Source of the DNA: Lingula anatina
Taxonomy: Eukaryota; Animalia; Brachiopoda
Assembly (NCBI GenBank): GCA_051362555.1
Contig: CM120647.1
Location: 6,262,001-6,326,000 of the forward strand
DNA: 64,000 nucleotides
Direction: 5' to 3'
Shown: positions 28,878-40,871 of the stretch, one piece after another
How the letters are laid out: each line of letters starts with the position of its first letter
How positions within the stretch are numbered: position 1 is the stretch's first letter
Program-made: the position numbers and the translations under genes
Notes under the pieces: model-generated
The model's input: only the letters and a program-made list of their open reading frames with translations
Told to the model about the DNA's origin: nothing
Databases searched by the model: none

Positions 28878-28994
28878 GAGATCCCGCCATTCTCCAACTG
28901 TGATGAGAAAAGATCGTAACCTCCTTACCACTCATGCGGGCAGCCACTCCAGTGTTTCCTCTGGACACTCGCCCATGACAGGAAGTCCGCTCAG
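28878..28994 (+). CDS. IRS: IRS-like gene, Ser-rich exon
   Basis: Acceptor gaaccag and donor AG|gtaggg; open in the frame set by the phase-2 join (KRSRHSPTVMRKDRN...HSPMTGSPL); GC-richer than the flanking intron. Confidence 0.75.
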
Positions 28995-29314
28995 GTAGGG
29001 ATAGAGGGTTGTCATGTCATGTCATCATGCCATATTTTTCATGGTATATGTAATAATAGAAATAATATTAATAGCAATAATTATTATGATATATTTATTT
29101 ATTTATTTAGTCAAAAATCCATTGAAAATGTTCAGTAGACTTTACATAAGAAATAGTACTATGTCACATGGGCAGTCACTTCATTGTTTCTTCTGGACAT
29201 TTTTCCATGACTAAAAATCCTCTAAGGTAAAAATTGACCACTGTCATGTCATGCCCCATGATATTTTTTTCTTTCACATGTCATATCACTTCATGCTACA
29301 TCATTTTATTTCAG

Positions 29315-29508
29315 TGCAACCATACTGAACGAGAGCCTGAACCCCAGCGGGTTTAGAGGGCGCTCTGATAGCACGGACTCCCGCGGCACAAGTAGCAGTA
29401 TCTCTGACGAGTGTGATGGTCACTCGGGCATGCGGTCCACAACCCCTGACCAGTCTCAGACCGACTCTCAGTCCGATTACCTGTCCATGACGCCCAACAC
29501 TATGATGG
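29315..29508 (+). CDS. IRS: IRS-like gene, exon with first YxxM motif
   Basis: Acceptor ttttatttcag and donor G|gtgagt; reads SATILNESLNPSGFRGRSDS...SDYLSMTPNTMM with YLSM. Confidence 0.85.
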
Positions 29509-29809
29509 GTGAGTGACGCGTTGTGTTAAATTAAACAGTAAATAAGAACAAGTGATAATAATTATAATATTATGTTATGTGAGTGAATCCTGGAAGAATG
29601 GAAGTGGAACTCAAATAAACTGTAATGCCGAGTTTCCCTCTTAGAGTCAGAAGTTGGAGGTTTTCCATTTAATTCCCAGCCTAGTCTATTCAATAAATGA
29701 AAATTATACCTACCGTTTCTCATTGGATATTGACCACTTGAGAAGTCAATATGGTCTGATATTGACCTGCATGTGACTGCTCTTGACCAAATTTTGTGAT
29801 CGTGTAACA

Positions 29810-29841
<32 letters not shown>

Positions 29842-29861
29842 TTTGTATTCTATCTCTCCAG

Positions 29862-30035
29862 GCGCCAGTCCAGTGGGTAGTTTAGACAGTAACAAAAATC
29901 TAGAATACATGGAGATGGATCTGACGTCCAAGTTCTCCTCTCCTCATACCCCTCATCACCATCACCATCACCACCATCATCACCATCCGCCAGAGGGGCT
30001 CACCTTACACGATATCAATGCTTCTTCATCTAAAG
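29862..30035 (+). CDS. IRS: IRS-like gene, exon with YMEM motif and poly-His
   Basis: Acceptor tctctccag and donor G|gtaagg; phase 1/1; GASPVGSLDSNKNLEYMEMDL...H11...SSSK. Confidence 0.87.
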
Positions 30036-30439
30036 GTAAGGTTTGAACCTCAGTCGAGGCCTTCTCCAGAGAGCTGTTCAGTTGTCGTTTGGACAGCCAC
30101 TGGCTTCAAAAGACTGCCTAGATTTTTTCAGGACAGCTAAGTGGTAAATGAAGTTTTTTGGGGAATGATGGTATATTTGTAGTTGTACTCTCTGTTTATC
30201 TGTGACCAAATTACTGATCAACTCTTTGGACCCCTTGTACCCCAGATCCTTGGGAAAACCATTGATCTTAAGTGAATTTTTTGTGAGAGATTTTTTTTTC
30301 TGAAGTTAAGTTTGATACATAAGATGTTTTACTAGTATGTTACAGATGAACTGATTTTATGGACTGCTTTAAAATAAAAGTGTGAGGGTGCCTGTGTATT
30401 GAAATGACGTTATGTGTAGATTTTTTTCTGCTTTTATAA

Positions 30440-30476
<37 letters not shown>

Positions 30477-31022
30477 GATGATAGTTCTGAACAAATAAAA
30501 AAATAATCCATCTGCCCTGACTTGACCAGCTGAGGTCAGCATCTAGTCAACAGCTAGCTGCCATTAACTAACTTAAAGTGCAAATGGATTTTGAAAGTCC
30601 ATTAGTGCATTTGGCTCATTTAGAACAACTTAAGTTATCTGCTTTAATTCAATCAAGGAAGTAGACAGGACAGATTTACTTCAAGGCAGGAAATTGGGGA
30701 AAAGTTCTGCAGTTGAAGCTTAACGATTTCAAAATTATCAGAACTTCTTATCTTGTCATGCCATCAGATAATTTGCACTTCATCGACACCATAAAAAGTT
30801 AAATCTCTAAATGGAAACTAGCAAAGGTCAGGCAATTATATCTTCATGATTTATAGCATATAAGTGAAATTATCGGTATCTCCACAAAGGTTATCATGTC
30901 ACAGAAACATTGCCTTTCTAGTTTGGCATAGAACAAGGTCATCGTTAAAAATGTTCTATTTTTAGAATAAAAAGCCATATAGTATAATGGTATTTTAACA
31001 AGTTCCAAAAAAAGTATTTTTG

Positions 31023-31069
<47 letters not shown>

Positions 31070-31087
31070 TTTCTTTAAATATTTCAG

Positions 31088-31243
31088 GTGCACCTTCAGA
31101 ATCATCCTATATGTCAATGACACCTACGAGCAGTTTGTCATCATCACCGCGGTTTGGGACACCTAGTATATTATCTGATGACAGTAGTTATCTGGATATG
31201 GCCCCCCTGGGGCAGGGGTTACCCCCTCTACAGGAGAAAGCAA
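31088..31243 (+). CDS. IRS: IRS-like gene, exon with YMSM and YLDM motifs
   Basis: Acceptor atttcag; GAPSESSYMSMTP...SSYLDMAPLGQGLPPLQEKA; donor A|gttagt gives the phase 1 that the terminal exon needs. Confidence 0.85.
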
Positions 31244-31363
31244 GTTAGTATTATGTTATTGTATTGCATTTTTAATGAATAGGGTGTCACACCTAATACA
31301 CTGAATATCTAGCATACTATCACATGTAACACACTGTCACACCTATCGTACTGTCACATCTAA

Positions 31364-31578
31364 GGCTCTGTTCTCACAACTTTTAGATCGATCTATCACC
31401 GCGGGGAGTCTCACTAGATTACTGTCAGATAATCCCCCTTAAGTGTCCGTCCCCGCCTACTACAAGCTTTAAGGGGCAATTAACTTTCGTGTCCGCCCGG
31501 CTGACAGCTATTTAGCGTGAACCCCCAGGGAGTTAGGTCGATCCAATGTAGGTCGATCTAATCTATGAGAATGGGGTG
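31364..31578 (-). mobile_element. MITE family 'tagatcgatcta', copy 3 (in last IRS intron)
   Basis: Reverse complement of the 1971-2184 element. Confidence 0.8.
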
Positions 31579-31900
31579 TTTGTTGCTTTTTTCCCCCTTT
31601 TTGATCACATTCTCCTAGGTCATAGATATTGGATTTTTGTTTTTAATTGTACTAATGTTTGTTTATAAAAATTACATTTTTGGAATCACAGAAAAATTAT
31701 TTGAGAGAAAAAAATGTCCTTCATTTTTTCCTAATACATGGACGTTCTTAATATGATACAAAATAGATTAAACACACTGAAAAAGATTTTTTTAAAAACA
31801 ATTCCAACTGTTGTGTAACTAAAATGGAAAAAAATAAGTCCTAATTAATATTTCATATGGACAAAGATAAGAAGTAATTTGGTATATCTCTGTTTTCCAG

Positions 31901-34062
31901 CGCCGGATGGTTACATGGACATGGCGCCAACACACACCTCTGGGTCGCGCTCCGTTCTACGCCCAGCAAAAAGTTTTCTCCACGAAGCTCCAGAATTTCC
32001 ACAGCGAGCTTACTCAGTGGGGAGTCGGCCTGGGAAAAGTCTGAGCACACAAATACAGCAGCCATACATGGAAATGGTGGCCAGTCAGGGCGCGTTGAAC
32101 AATAGCAAAAGCAGCAGTGCCCCCCACCTGGAGAACGAGAACATAAATGCTAATGTTAAATCGACGAAAGGGCACACGCGCTATGCCAGTCCTTCTCCAT
32201 CTGGAGCAAGAGAAGGAGGCGGAGGGATGCAGCCCATGAAGGCTTTCCCTCCGCAACAGACTGATTTATTTATGGAGATGGATTTCGCCAGACCTAGAAC
32301 AGCCAGTGATAGTTTCAATTATCAGCACTGTAGACCACGGACGTCCAGCTGGAGTAAAGCTATGCGTCCACGTTCGGCCAGTCACAGCCAAGGGAGTAAA
32401 ATAAATGGCCGTAAGCTGTTATCTAGAGACGCTGCTCCATCCCAAGAACTCATTAAGCAAATTTCCCAAGATTCTTTGCGACGCTCTTACGACTCCATTA
32501 GCAAATTGGGCTCAACGCCAGAACAACATGAGGCGTACATGGAAATGAGCCCACAATCGTCATCAAAAAGATCGCCGGCTACAAAGCCCGTGTCCATGCG
32601 TGTAACGCCGGTTATTAAGACAACTCTAATAGCTCCAGATTACATGATGATGAACCCTGTTATAAAAGAATCCAAGACGGAACCGGATGAGAGCGAAAGT
32701 GACAATAACGATAGTGTCTCAGACTCAAAATTAAACGGAAGCCGATCCTCATCATCTTCTTCCTCCATCACAGAACAAAGGCGACAAAGTTCCCCAGACG
32801 TGATCAGGCAATCGGCCAATCAGAGTCCAGGAGCATCCAAAGTGCAGGCTCCTTTTGACCCTGTGACTTACGTCAATTTGGATTATTCCAAGAAGCCAGT
32901 GAAAGAACCCGCGGTGCCCCCTGGTGATGATTCATATTTAATGCTTTCACCAGGAACGGAGGACACGTCACAAGCAGCGATAGACAGTGGGAGTCTATCG
33001 CCACAGAGGGTGGTCAGCCATATCAGAGTCTCCTCTTCACCAGCTTCAACCACAGTGATGCAGGAGGCGGCTGGAAATCATGGCAGTGCTGCAGCGTCAA
33101 CGTCCGTTGTGAAGAAACCTCCTTTGCCAGATACCCCAAAGATTCTCAGTAGCCCTGGAGAGAGTGGGGCAGTGAAAGCACCCAAGCCGACCACACCCGC
33201 ACCCTTTCCAACCTCTCCCCCTGTTCCGACCTCCCCAGCTCCCTCTCACCCCCTTTCCACACCCCCTCCTTTCCCCATGTCACCCCCTTTCTCAGTACCA
33301 TCCCCAGCCAGGATTTCCCCAACTACCCCACCCCAGCCCACCACCCCAACTGCCCCTGTTCTTGCCAAGCCCACCCCACCCCTTCCCATCAGCCCCTTCT
33401 CCAAAGGAGAGTCTTCGCCTCAATCGCCATCAGCCCAAACACAAGATTATGCAAACATCGATGTCGGTGTGACGCGGGTTGTGAAGCCAGTACCCACTTT
33501 TGGCAGTGTGCAGTCAGTAACCAGTGATGGTAGCACATCGCAAGTTGAAAAACCAGCCCTGCCGATTAAAAATAAAGTGGGCAGATCAAAGCAGCAGCGA
33601 GCGGAGAAAAGCAAATCCATGGGGGATTGTCAGGAAAGGCCAGAAAGCGTAAATGTGAACACAGCAAATTCCAAGAAGTGTCCGCCTCCACCTGTGTCAG
33701 CGTCTGCTTCCAAAGTTTCCAGTAAACCGCCATCTTTACCTCCGCTGCCGCCATTGGGCCAGAGACACAGCATGTCAGACTTTGGTGCTAATAACAACGG
33801 GATGGGCGAATCTGGCCCAGGGAAAGTTCCGCCATCAGCACAAGACGAACCTCAGTTGAACTATGCCTCATTAGACTTAGGATCCTCTGAAGATATCGAA
33901 TTGACGCAAGCTCCGAAATCACCACGGATTATCACTTCTCGTCACAACAGTGGGGAAGACGGCGAGAAAAAGCCCACCTATGCTGAGATTGACTTTGAGA
34001 AATCGGAAAGTTTTAAGCAGGCTCGTCAACAGAGTGGGCGTAAGCCGCCGTTTGACTTATGA
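31901..34062 (+). CDS. IRS: IRS-like gene, large terminal coding exon (disordered Ser/Pro-rich docking tail)
   Basis: Acceptor tgttttccag inside the 727-aa ORF, stop TGA at 34060-34062. Contains YMDM, YMEM x2 and YMMM (PI3K p85-type), YVNL and YANI (Grb2-type YxN), and C-terminal LNYASLDL and TYAEIDF resembling the paired SHP2 sites of IRS1/2. Confidence 0.93.
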
Positions 34063-36600
34063 TGTGTGGGAGTTGGAACATGATGAAATATTTGATGTAT
34101 ACTTTTCTTCTCTAAAAAAAATGCAATGGTGTATGATTTCTTTAATTGAAGCTGTAAATTTGTAAATGAGCGAGGAATGTGTTTGATGTTCAGTATGTTT
34201 GTAACTTTATACTGGTATTGGTACAATTTATCACCTTTGTGACTGTGCTGCCATCTGTTAGAACTGAAGAAAAACTAGGCACAGGTTATGTACACTTTCA
34301 GACTTTCATTTTCAACAGTGCTGCCATCTACAATGTATTAGAATTCTTTGCCAATTGGCCAATCAAATATAAGGTGCCCTCTATAGCCCATCTGCTAAAT
34401 GTTAGCCAATGTTTTAACTTATGCTGATACATGTATCCCATTACAAAACCAGATGCTGTATTGCATACAATGCACTAAATCTTAAAGTCACGATGAAGTC
34501 AAGAATGTGTAAAAGACTTTACACATAAGGGACAAAAATGTCCCATGGGAGTTCTGCTGTGGTAAATTATGTAAAAGATTCATTGGAAAAGATTTAATTC
34601 TTTTAGTGTGTCTTTTTCAGCTAACTTCAGGTGTAACTTTATAAATAAGTTGCCAAAACGGGTTTACTGATTTAAGGGTTCTCATTGTTGAGATGTAATT
34701 AGCAAAATGAAGGCCTATTTTGAATGTCTGTTTTCGTTTTCTTAGTTTTTAAGAACTAAGGAGTGTCAGTATTTTCTGAGGTTTGGTCTGTGATTTCCAA
34801 ATATATGAAAATGCAGAGTAACTATTTTTTTTCGTTACAAAAGGGCCTTCGTGATTTGAGTATTAACTTTTCAACTTGATTGGCCAAATGGAGTTGTGCC
34901 AGTAGATAAACCCTGTGCCATTGCTTTTGATTGGATGATCTATTATCATATGATTATCATGTGACTACCATGTTGTTACCATGTGATTAAAACAACACTG
35001 CTTTCTTGGCTGCTCTATACTATGGGTCAATGTTTCTTTTCGTGCTGTGCATGTACCTTAAAATTCCATGGATTTAATGTACATCATTTAAAAGCAGGTA
35101 TCGCACTGTTGATTGGTGTGACAACGTAGTTCTTGACTCTTCAGTTCTTTCAAAACTACCTTTTTTTTCTCAGAGCTTTCATTGATTACCTATTACATGA
35201 TCACTCAGAGAAATGATGTTGTTATGCCGTAATTGATGTACATTTTATGGCGGGAAATGACAAAGTGCTGCCCCCTGTTTGTAGATGATGAAGTTGTATA
35301 TGGCCTCGTTCAGAACAGGGGCCTAACAGATCCAAACATGGCCAGCCCACTTAAATGCTGGTTGCGTAATCCTTGCAAAAAATCTATTCAGTGTTTAATC
35401 CCGAATTAAGCATCAAGCTTTTAATAGGTCGTCATATTTGATCTGCGGATCCGTTAATCCAGGGTTTTGAATGCGCTCTATGATCTGTAGCTGGTAGCCT
35501 ACTCCAGTTGGTACCATTGGAGCATTGTTGGTTAGTTTGTCATACAAACTGGTATATACCTCATGCCTCTGAAACATACGATAAGGTTCTGATGGTGTTT
35601 GGGGTTGGGTGTATGATCTTTGTTGATGTATCTATTTTTTTTTCTTTTATTTTAAAGACACCTTTTCCCAATTGTTTGTTGTTATGTGCTCGATTTATAT
35701 CTGTTATGTTTCATTTTTGAATGGGAATTTCTGTTAGTGTTTTCACCAAGAAAAAAAAAAGCAACTCTTTTTTTTTTAATAAGTAAATTAATTTCTGTAA
35801 ATAAGGGCAACATGTTAGGATTAAGTTTATACAGTTGCAGGAAGCATTAATTAAGTGATGGGTAGTATCACCTTTAAATTATTTATTACATGTACCCATC
35901 AAATTTCCCAAGGAAGGAAAATTGGGAATATGTGTACATACACTGATTCATAAAGTTTCAATGTGAAATGTGAGATATAGAAGTGTTGCCCCTTTCTTAA
36001 AAGTTGGTGTTATTTATTGTTAAGGTGAAACAAATCCTGTATCTTTTACGTCAGGGCTGATGAGGTGATACATACCCATGAAGACGGGATTCATACCATT
36101 TTCTGAGTTTGAGAATAGTTTCATCGGAATGAGTAACTAATGTTTTTAGAATAGCGTTTCATTATTTACCATCCAGAACTTTTAAAAGGACATTTTCAGA
36201 TGGTAAAGATGAAACATAATTATAAAAACATGTTTTTTGTAAGTTCATGAAGTTCTTAATGGGAAACTGACTAGTATTTGACGATACAGTTTTGATATGG
36301 AAGCTCTCCTTGAAGGCCATTTGAATATTTTTTGTGTTATTTAAGTGTTAGATTTTTTCTGTTCTTGTTAAAATGAAAGTAGTGAAAAAAACATTTCTCC
36401 TTTTTTGGGGAGAAAATGGTTAGATGCTAGATAGCTGTATTATATGAGCTGTTAGTGTAATAATGATTGATGATATAATTGTTAATTAATTAACGAGCAG
36501 TGTATGTAAGTTGGTGGCATACTTTCAAGGTTGGTAAACCTCTTATTAATTATGAACTAATTTATAAATGGAACATTATAAGCAGTGCAAAAATAAAAAG
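34063..36600 (+). other. Probable long 3' UTR of the IRS-like gene
   Basis: T-rich non-coding sequence after the stop; the first canonical AATAAA I found is at 36592-36597. The 3' end is uncertain. Confidence 0.4.
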
Positions 36601-37442
36601 ATTGAAATAATTATGATGTCTTTTCAATTCTCTATTTATTTTTAAATACATAAAAACCATTATAAAATAAACCACTATTAACAAAATGACAGTCTCATCC
36701 CTGCAAGGTACAATAATTCTTAATTTCCCTGATAGCAATATGTTGACCAACCGTGTTGCTAAAACATTTTTCTTTCAAATATTTCAAAATTCAACTTCTT
36801 GCAATGGCCAAACCTTGGCATCCGTCCTTTAATTTCAATTATGTCACTTCTGTATCAGTGCAAGGCCCAGAGAGAGTGGAATTTATCAAATTTCAGAATC
36901 TTAAAAACCATACATACTGACAGTCAATGAAAATGCATCATTTATTTATCAAATATTTCAAGTTCCTTTGGCACATTAAGAAAAAAAAACAGTTTTCGTG
37001 TGAAATATGTGAAATATCAAATAGTGGTCATCCCACTCTCTTATGACCAAACAAGTGCATTTGTACTCGTTTATATGGTTGGAATCGATTCTCGGTAAAA
37101 AAAAATACAAGAAAGTTTTCTGATGCCTTTTCATTGACTGTCAGGATATTTCTTCTCTTTTTTGTCTGTTTTTTTTTTTTTTTTTTAAATTTTATTTTAT
37201 TTTTTTTATTTTTTTTGAAAATTCAAAAGTGTTTACCACAAGCTTGAATGTGCATGCTAAGATGAAGTTGTGACAGAGGAAATGAAAACATTGAATCTTT
37301 TAGGCTCTAACTGTAATATTTACGACTATTGTTTCTAATATATATGAAGACCATAAAAGTCATCCATTCGTATTTCAGCACTCCCTACCACTACAGCGTA
37401 TTTAATATCTTAAAAGAAAAGGAGTTTTTCCATCTAATACAG

Positions 37443-37598
37443 GGGTCGTATTCTTAAGACTTTGTATCTTACAATAATTTAGGCAGTTGTAAATTTACGT
37501 GCTCGTGAATATTTACAGCAGATTACAAACTTTCCAGATACCGTGAACATTTTACAAGAGTTACATGTAGGCATACCAGTATTACGACAATATGGCCC
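37443..37598. mobile_element. Small degenerate MITE with CAG flanks
   Basis: cag|gggtcgtatt ... aatatggccc|cag; imperfect TIRs. Confidence 0.5.
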
Positions 37599-38306
37599 CA
37601 GGACACGAAATTTAGTGTAGTTCACGAAGTTGTGTCTCCGTCGGCGAATAAAATTCTATGGGACCCGGGGGGGGGGGGGCATATCTGATCCGCGGATCTG
37701 TTAGTCCGCTGTTCAGAATGCGCTCTTAGTCCGCGGATTAACTTCTGTTGTGAATGCGACCTAATTAAAATATAACATTAAAAATTTTCCTGTATCCTTG
37801 AAACGTTTTTAAGCTTCCAACTCCGGGGAATAAAATTCAAATGGCGTAAAGGGGTGGCACGATATGATTGTGATGGAAATCCACAAGTTTTGATCTGTTA
37901 TTACTGATTGATTAATTGTTTGATTTCTTGTCGCATTTGGGAAAACAGCAAATGCTTTAGAGAAGATAGCATGCGATGGTCAATGTGCTACAGTACTTCC
38001 GAATGGGCTGTGTGAACACACTGCTCTCCGAAGTTTGTACTTATATTCATCAAACAAAATTTCAGACACGATTTAAAAGAGAAATAGCACCTTCGTGTTG
38101 TATGGAACCCACGACAAATTGTCTTAGTCCAGTGATAGCACTTTCCTTCAAACGCTCTGTGCGAGGACAGTCCTAAGCGCAGGAAGGGAGGGGGTGCAAT
38201 GTACCCTATCTTCTTCTTAAAGTCAAAAATATCCTTAAATAAACCTTTAATACATTACGTAGCGGGACAAGGCTGAACATCAAGTATGTGGTTTTCGCCA
38301 TCATAA

Positions 38307-38561
38307 GGGACCATTCTCAGATCCTATCGCACTAACTGTGGGCCGATCTATCTCCGAAGGGATTTTCGCTAAATTGCTTCAGCTTAAGCGGCTTAGATGT
38401 CGGGCACGCCCACTGAAGCTGCTGGAGGGTAATTAATTATCGTTTAGCAGCTTCAGTAGGCGTGCCCGACATCTAAGCCGCTTAAGCCGAAGCAATTTAG
38501 CGAGAAACCCCTCGGAGATGGATTGATCCTGTTAGATCGATCTAGGTATGGGAACCCAGTC
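38307..38561. mobile_element. Palindromic MITE related to the 'tagatcgatcta' family
   Basis: Long internal hairpin (cgctaaattgcttcagcttaagcggcttagatgtcgggcacgcc / ggcgtgcccgacatctaagccgcttaagccgaagcaatttagcg); absent from the paralogous block near 48950; inverted relative at 54426-54673. Confidence 0.8.
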
Positions 38562-38909
38562 ATAAGGCATTAATTGCTTTTCGGATTTGTTTTTTTTTTT
38601 TTTTTAAGAATAGTACCCCCCCCCCCCCCCCCCCCCCCCACACACAACCCATTGACTATTTTGAAATTTCCTTTCTGTTTGCCCTATTTGCTTCAACCAG
38701 CTGTGAATCATGGACGTGATTAAGTCCAAATTGTTCCAATTTTTTAACATTTTTAACAGACATTATCTCATAGGCTGTGGGGTAGCAAGGTCACAGAGCG
38801 AGTTCTAGTTCCTTCACTATCGGAAAATCCCAAGGACGATGCCAAGATCTTTTGACACAGGGTAAATATGCTGCAACAGAAGTCAGGAGAACGAATGGGG
38901 CTCTCGTGG

Positions 38910-38933
38910 AACAACAACAACAACAACAACAAC

Positions 38934-38986
<53 letters not shown>
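38910..38986 (+). repeat. (AAC)n(AAT)n microsatellite; paralogous (AAT)n tracts near 49228 and 60827, and an inverted tract near 52781
   Basis: Direct reading; length differs between duplicated blocks. Confidence 0.92.
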
Positions 38987-38989
<3 letters not shown>

Positions 38990-40245
38990 ATCCCGATAAT
39001 TAAAAATGAATTAAAAAGCAAATTATAAAACTAGATTAATTTCATAAGTAAAAAAGACTGACAACCAAATCAATCAAGGATTAAAACCAATACAAGTATT
39101 GTGCAATCTACATGTGGCTAAAGGAAGTCTTTTATATAGTGCTCAAATCTTTTATTTGATCAATACAAACATGAAAAAATATGAATTATTAATTAAATGA
39201 TAAAACATTCACATCTGAAAAAAAAAATTGACAAAAATAACAATAGTTATAACAATTGAAATAATGACAAGAACAATTATTATCTAATGAAAGTTACGAA
39301 AAAAGCAACCTCATACAATTTTCAGTCCAAAATATGTAACATTTAAGGTAGCAATGATCACGTTAACACTTACTTAAACGCTTTAAAGATAATAATACTG
39401 GTTCAAATTTATTGCCTTATTTACTTAATCTCGAGCAACTGTCAAAACCCTACTCTTCTATCTGTTATGGATAAGATAATGTCATCATGATCTGCTACAA
39501 CAGCCTTCTCAATTTCCAAACTAACAGAATTTTCGATGAGTCATGCACACACGCACTCACACACGTGCGCTCTTCCGTACGTTTTGCATAGCAACCCCCA
39601 TGACGTGACTTTTTTCTTTTTCTTAAATGTGTCAACAACAGCTTTTGTGAAACCGCCAATGTCCTTTTCAAATATGAACAATTGTGTAATGAGTACATGT
39701 ACTTCCGATCTCCCGACAAATGGCCAAACACGCTGCTGGAGACGATTTCTACTGTAAAGTTCAGGCTAGTCATTCTTGATTAAAAAATCGTCGCTAATAA
39801 TAGTGTTAATTGTGGCATCCTTTGTTTTGATCGTCTGTTGAAAATGAATTATCAGTAAATTAATGAGTTGTCTACTTGTTGTCATTGTCCAATCATGATG
39901 TTAAAAAGCGGTACCATCACCAAAGAAATAACCTCGTCAAAGATTGTCAAGTCTGATGTTAAATTTGTCCAATTTTATGCTTTTTTATGCAGATAAAACA
40001 ATGGCATTAATAGTTTTTTAAGCAACAAAACGTAGAAAAATGGTGCGTTCTCGTCTCTTCGTTCCATGAACCAATTCAAAAACAGAAAGGAATTAATTAA
40101 ACGTTATACATCGAATGAGTCCAATTTCATCATCGATATCATTTCATGCTGGTTCTATGTCATGGGACAATTAGTTATAGATAATTCCTTGCATCCTTGG
40201 ATCGTTTGAAAGTCGCGTTTTCTAGATTATGGTGCTGCCATCGAA

Positions 40246-40716
40246 CTAACGACCCCCTAATCCCTGAATGCGTCTTTCGAAGGTTTTCATCGGGTCGATG
40301 AAATAATATTCAATCCACGACATCTTGAAAAACATGATTTTTTGCACGCGTTTGCGCTCACCGCCGATCATGATGCTGTCGGCGACAACGAAGGTGCGGT
40401 TCACGGCGCTGAGCTCGTAGAACTCGTTACTGTAATCATGGCACATTTCTTCGCTATGGAAAATGCATTTGTTGATCAATTCGTCGGGGCTGATGAGGAG
40501 GCAGAGAATCAACAATCGGTTGGTCTCTTCTTCCGACAACCATCGGTACTTCTCATAATCCCTCAAGCGCCGGACTTCTTCTGAGTTATCCAATTTAAGC
40601 ACGTCGCAAATGCAGTCGAGATAGTACATCAGCTTGGCTTTGGGGTTGTCCGGAATGGTGCATGGCGTCGTGGTCCTCTTTAAACCGATCTGGAGTCTTC
40701 CCATAGCAGCCGCCAT
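40246..40716 (-). CDS. Uncharacterised family copy 1, 156 aa, C-terminally truncated (no CaaX); possible pseudogene
   Basis: Intronless ORF starting MAAAMGRLQIGL (ATG at 40716; the track's 40737 start is TTG). TAG follows GLGGR, and the in-frame remnant FDGSTII* after it aligns with paralogue SDSCTII*. Confidence 0.8.
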   Translation of the reverse strand: MAAAMGRLQIGLKRTTTPCTIPDNPKAKLMYYLDCICDVLKLDNSEEVRRLRDYEKYRWLSEEETNRLLILCLLISPDELINKCIFHSEEMCHDYSNEFYELSAVNRTFVVADSIMIGGERKRVQKIMFFKMSWIEYYFIDPMKTFERRIQGLGGR

Positions 40717-40871
40717 TTCTGATAGGCCTATAGCCAATAGACTCTTTTAAATTCGTTAAAATGTCTTTTAAAAAGCTAGCGACAGTTTAGACACAAGCAG
40801 ACGCATCAAACTCGCAAATGAAAATGCGAAAGAATGAAAGTTAAATAGCATAAATCCGGGGCTCGACCCAG

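Larger units (their letters stand above)
37820..39210 (+). repeat. Duplicated distal 3'-flank block of the gene family
   Basis: Direct copies at about 48450-49510 and 60065-61095; partial inverted copy at about 52560-53075 (e.g. cagaagtcaggagaacgaatgggg vs ccccattcgttctcctgacctctg). Confidence 0.8.

Noticed and set aside
31240-31245. GC-AG donor AAA|GCAAGT for the penultimate IRS exon
   Set aside because: It would be phase 0 and frameshift the terminal exon; the GT donor four bases later keeps the frame.
31879-31900. Start of the 727-aa ORF as an independent gene
   Set aside because: It begins at TTG within a polypyrimidine acceptor; the real exon begins at 31901 and splices to upstream IRS exons.
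40342-40584. Antisense ORFs over the family genes (also 45168-45362, 50922-51128, 51213-51436, 62492-62710, 62806-63018)
   Set aside because: Shadow ORFs of the coding strand with non-ATG starts and inconsistent extents between paralogues.
40717-40737. N-terminal extension MAIGLSE on copy 1
   Set aside because: It relies on a TTG start; all paralogues begin at MAAAMG.
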